From: Lama glama
Taxonomy: Eukaryota
Assembly (NCBI GenBank): GCA_028534125.1
Contig: CM052816.1
Span: 56,546,001-56,610,000, forward strand
Length of the DNA: 64,000 nt
Reading direction: 5' to 3'
Shown: one piece after another, positions 62,736 to 64,000 of the stretch
Position numbering within the stretch: the stretch's first letter is position 1
How the letters are laid out: each line of letters opens with the position of its first letter
Made by a program: the position numbers and the translations under genes
The notes under the pieces: generated by a model
What the model was told of the DNA's origin: nothing
The model's input: the letters and a program-made list of their open reading frames with translations, nothing else
Databases searched by the model: none

Positions 62736-63107
62736 TATCCTAAAACAAAGAAAGTGTACTCTTTATACTCGGCCTGTTAATCACTTATGTAATTCTTATC
62801 CAAGTGATTTTAGAAGGAAAAGGGAAATTCTGGCCAGCCGCTCCAGCCTCATGTGTTCCGATAAGCTCACATCCACTCTGGGAATTAATGGGACGCAGAT
62901 GTCCAGGCTCTCTTGAACGCCGGGAGAGGTGTAGTGGTCCTTTATACCGGTAAGTCTTGGTTCTGAGAGCTTCAGGGAATTTCCTATTTTCCTGGAGAAA
63001 CAACTTGCTAGAAACCAACCTAGGAAGGCAGCGGCAGGGAGAAATGGAAGTGTTTCTACAAACAGGGCAGAAAGTGTTAAACGTGCAGTATGATTATAAA
63101 GATTGGT

Positions 63108-63244
63108 GGGGGGAGAGTATAGCTCAGTGGTAGAGCACACGCATAGCCTGCCTGAGGTCCTGGATTCAATCCCCAGTACTGTCATTAAAAATAATAAATA
63201 AGTAAACCTCATTACCTATCCTTAAAAAAAAAAGATAAAAATAC
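63108..63244 (+). mobile_element. tRNA-derived SINE, camelid Vic-1-like
   Basis: GGGGAGAGTATAGCTCAGTGGTAGAGC (A box), GGATTCAATCC (B box, 63162-63172), AAATAAGTAAACCTCATTACC body and A-rich tail. Target-site duplication AAAGATTGGT (63098-63107) / AAAGATGGGT (63245-63254). Confidence 0.88.
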
Positions 63245-64000
63245 AAAGATGGGTTATATAGCTGGCTTGTAGAAAACGGCCTCTTGAGTCTATAGTCAAA
63301 CCAAATACAACAAAGAGCCGGCTGATACACTGCAGGGTCTCACCTTGCGGCGGGAAGACCACCCTGAGGACCATCTCCCTTCACCTCTTTCTGGCATCTT
63401 CAGGAGTCAGAAATGTTGTTACAAAGGATGCCCATCTTCTTCCTGCGTCTCTCTCCCACCCCAGCATCGACGGTCATCGGCAATCAGTCAACCAGCTGAA
63501 GTTTGCATTAGAGCTGGGACCGTTTCACCATCCCTGGCCACGTCGAATCTTCCTGGGTACCATTACAAAGGGCCATACTCAACTTGGCAGGCTTGCCCTC
63601 CACGTGATAAATATAATATACAGAATCTAGAAGGCTCCTACAAATCAGATATTTCAGCACTCACAAAAGGCAGTGCATTCATTATATTTATTGTTCTTGG
63701 AATAAAAAGTCATAAAATAGGTTTATCCTAACTTTCTACAATCTGTGAATAAAGAATATAATGCGTTTCTAGTATTTTCAGTGTTACATGTGCTTATATT
63801 AACCTTGGCAGCACTTGCATAAACTTATTACATTAATAGAGTTAAACATGAATTTCATTTCAGAAAAAGTAATCTATCCTTGGAAGGAGAGTATCATCAC
63901 CTCCATGTAAACAATGTTCCTCTGCAAACAATGCCCTTTCTTTTGGCAACGTTGTCTTTCCTGCCATCTGCCTTACAAAAGCACTTGCCAGAGTTACAAT

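Noticed and set aside
63108..63180. tRNA-like sequence
   Set aside because: It is the head of a SINE with tail and target-site duplication; the acceptor and anticodon stems do not support a real tRNA gene.

Overview
This is mammalian, not microbial, genomic DNA. It is most likely a camelid (alpaca/camel) draft assembly, judged from a Vic-1-like tRNA-derived SINE at 63108-63244 and a camelid/cetartiodactyl-type young L1 3' end at about 44280-44532. I cannot support any protein-coding gene, RNA gene, CRISPR array or operon, and the window reads as intronic or intergenic. It is densely covered by old eutherian interspersed repeats: L2, MIR, MaLR/MLT1 LTRs, ERVL and ERV1 solo LTRs, hAT DNA-transposon relics (MER5, MER33, MER63, MER91, MER102-like) and two long L1M relics carrying nested insertions. 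There are also microsatellites and two N gaps (500 and 100 nt). The ORFs in the track are either chance ORFs or decayed L1 ORF2. Points worth a second look are a 5'-inverted (twin-primed) young L1 nested in an old L1 with intact target-site duplications, a diverged duplicated non-repeat motif about 1.5 kb apart, a perfect 59-bp tandem duplication, a CpG-rich patch with a CTCF-like site, a strong G-quadruplex motif, and several candidate enhancer or conserved non-coding segments. Repeat family names come from my recollection of consensus sequences, not from a search, and boundaries are approximate. I found no evidence of a genuinely new biological system.
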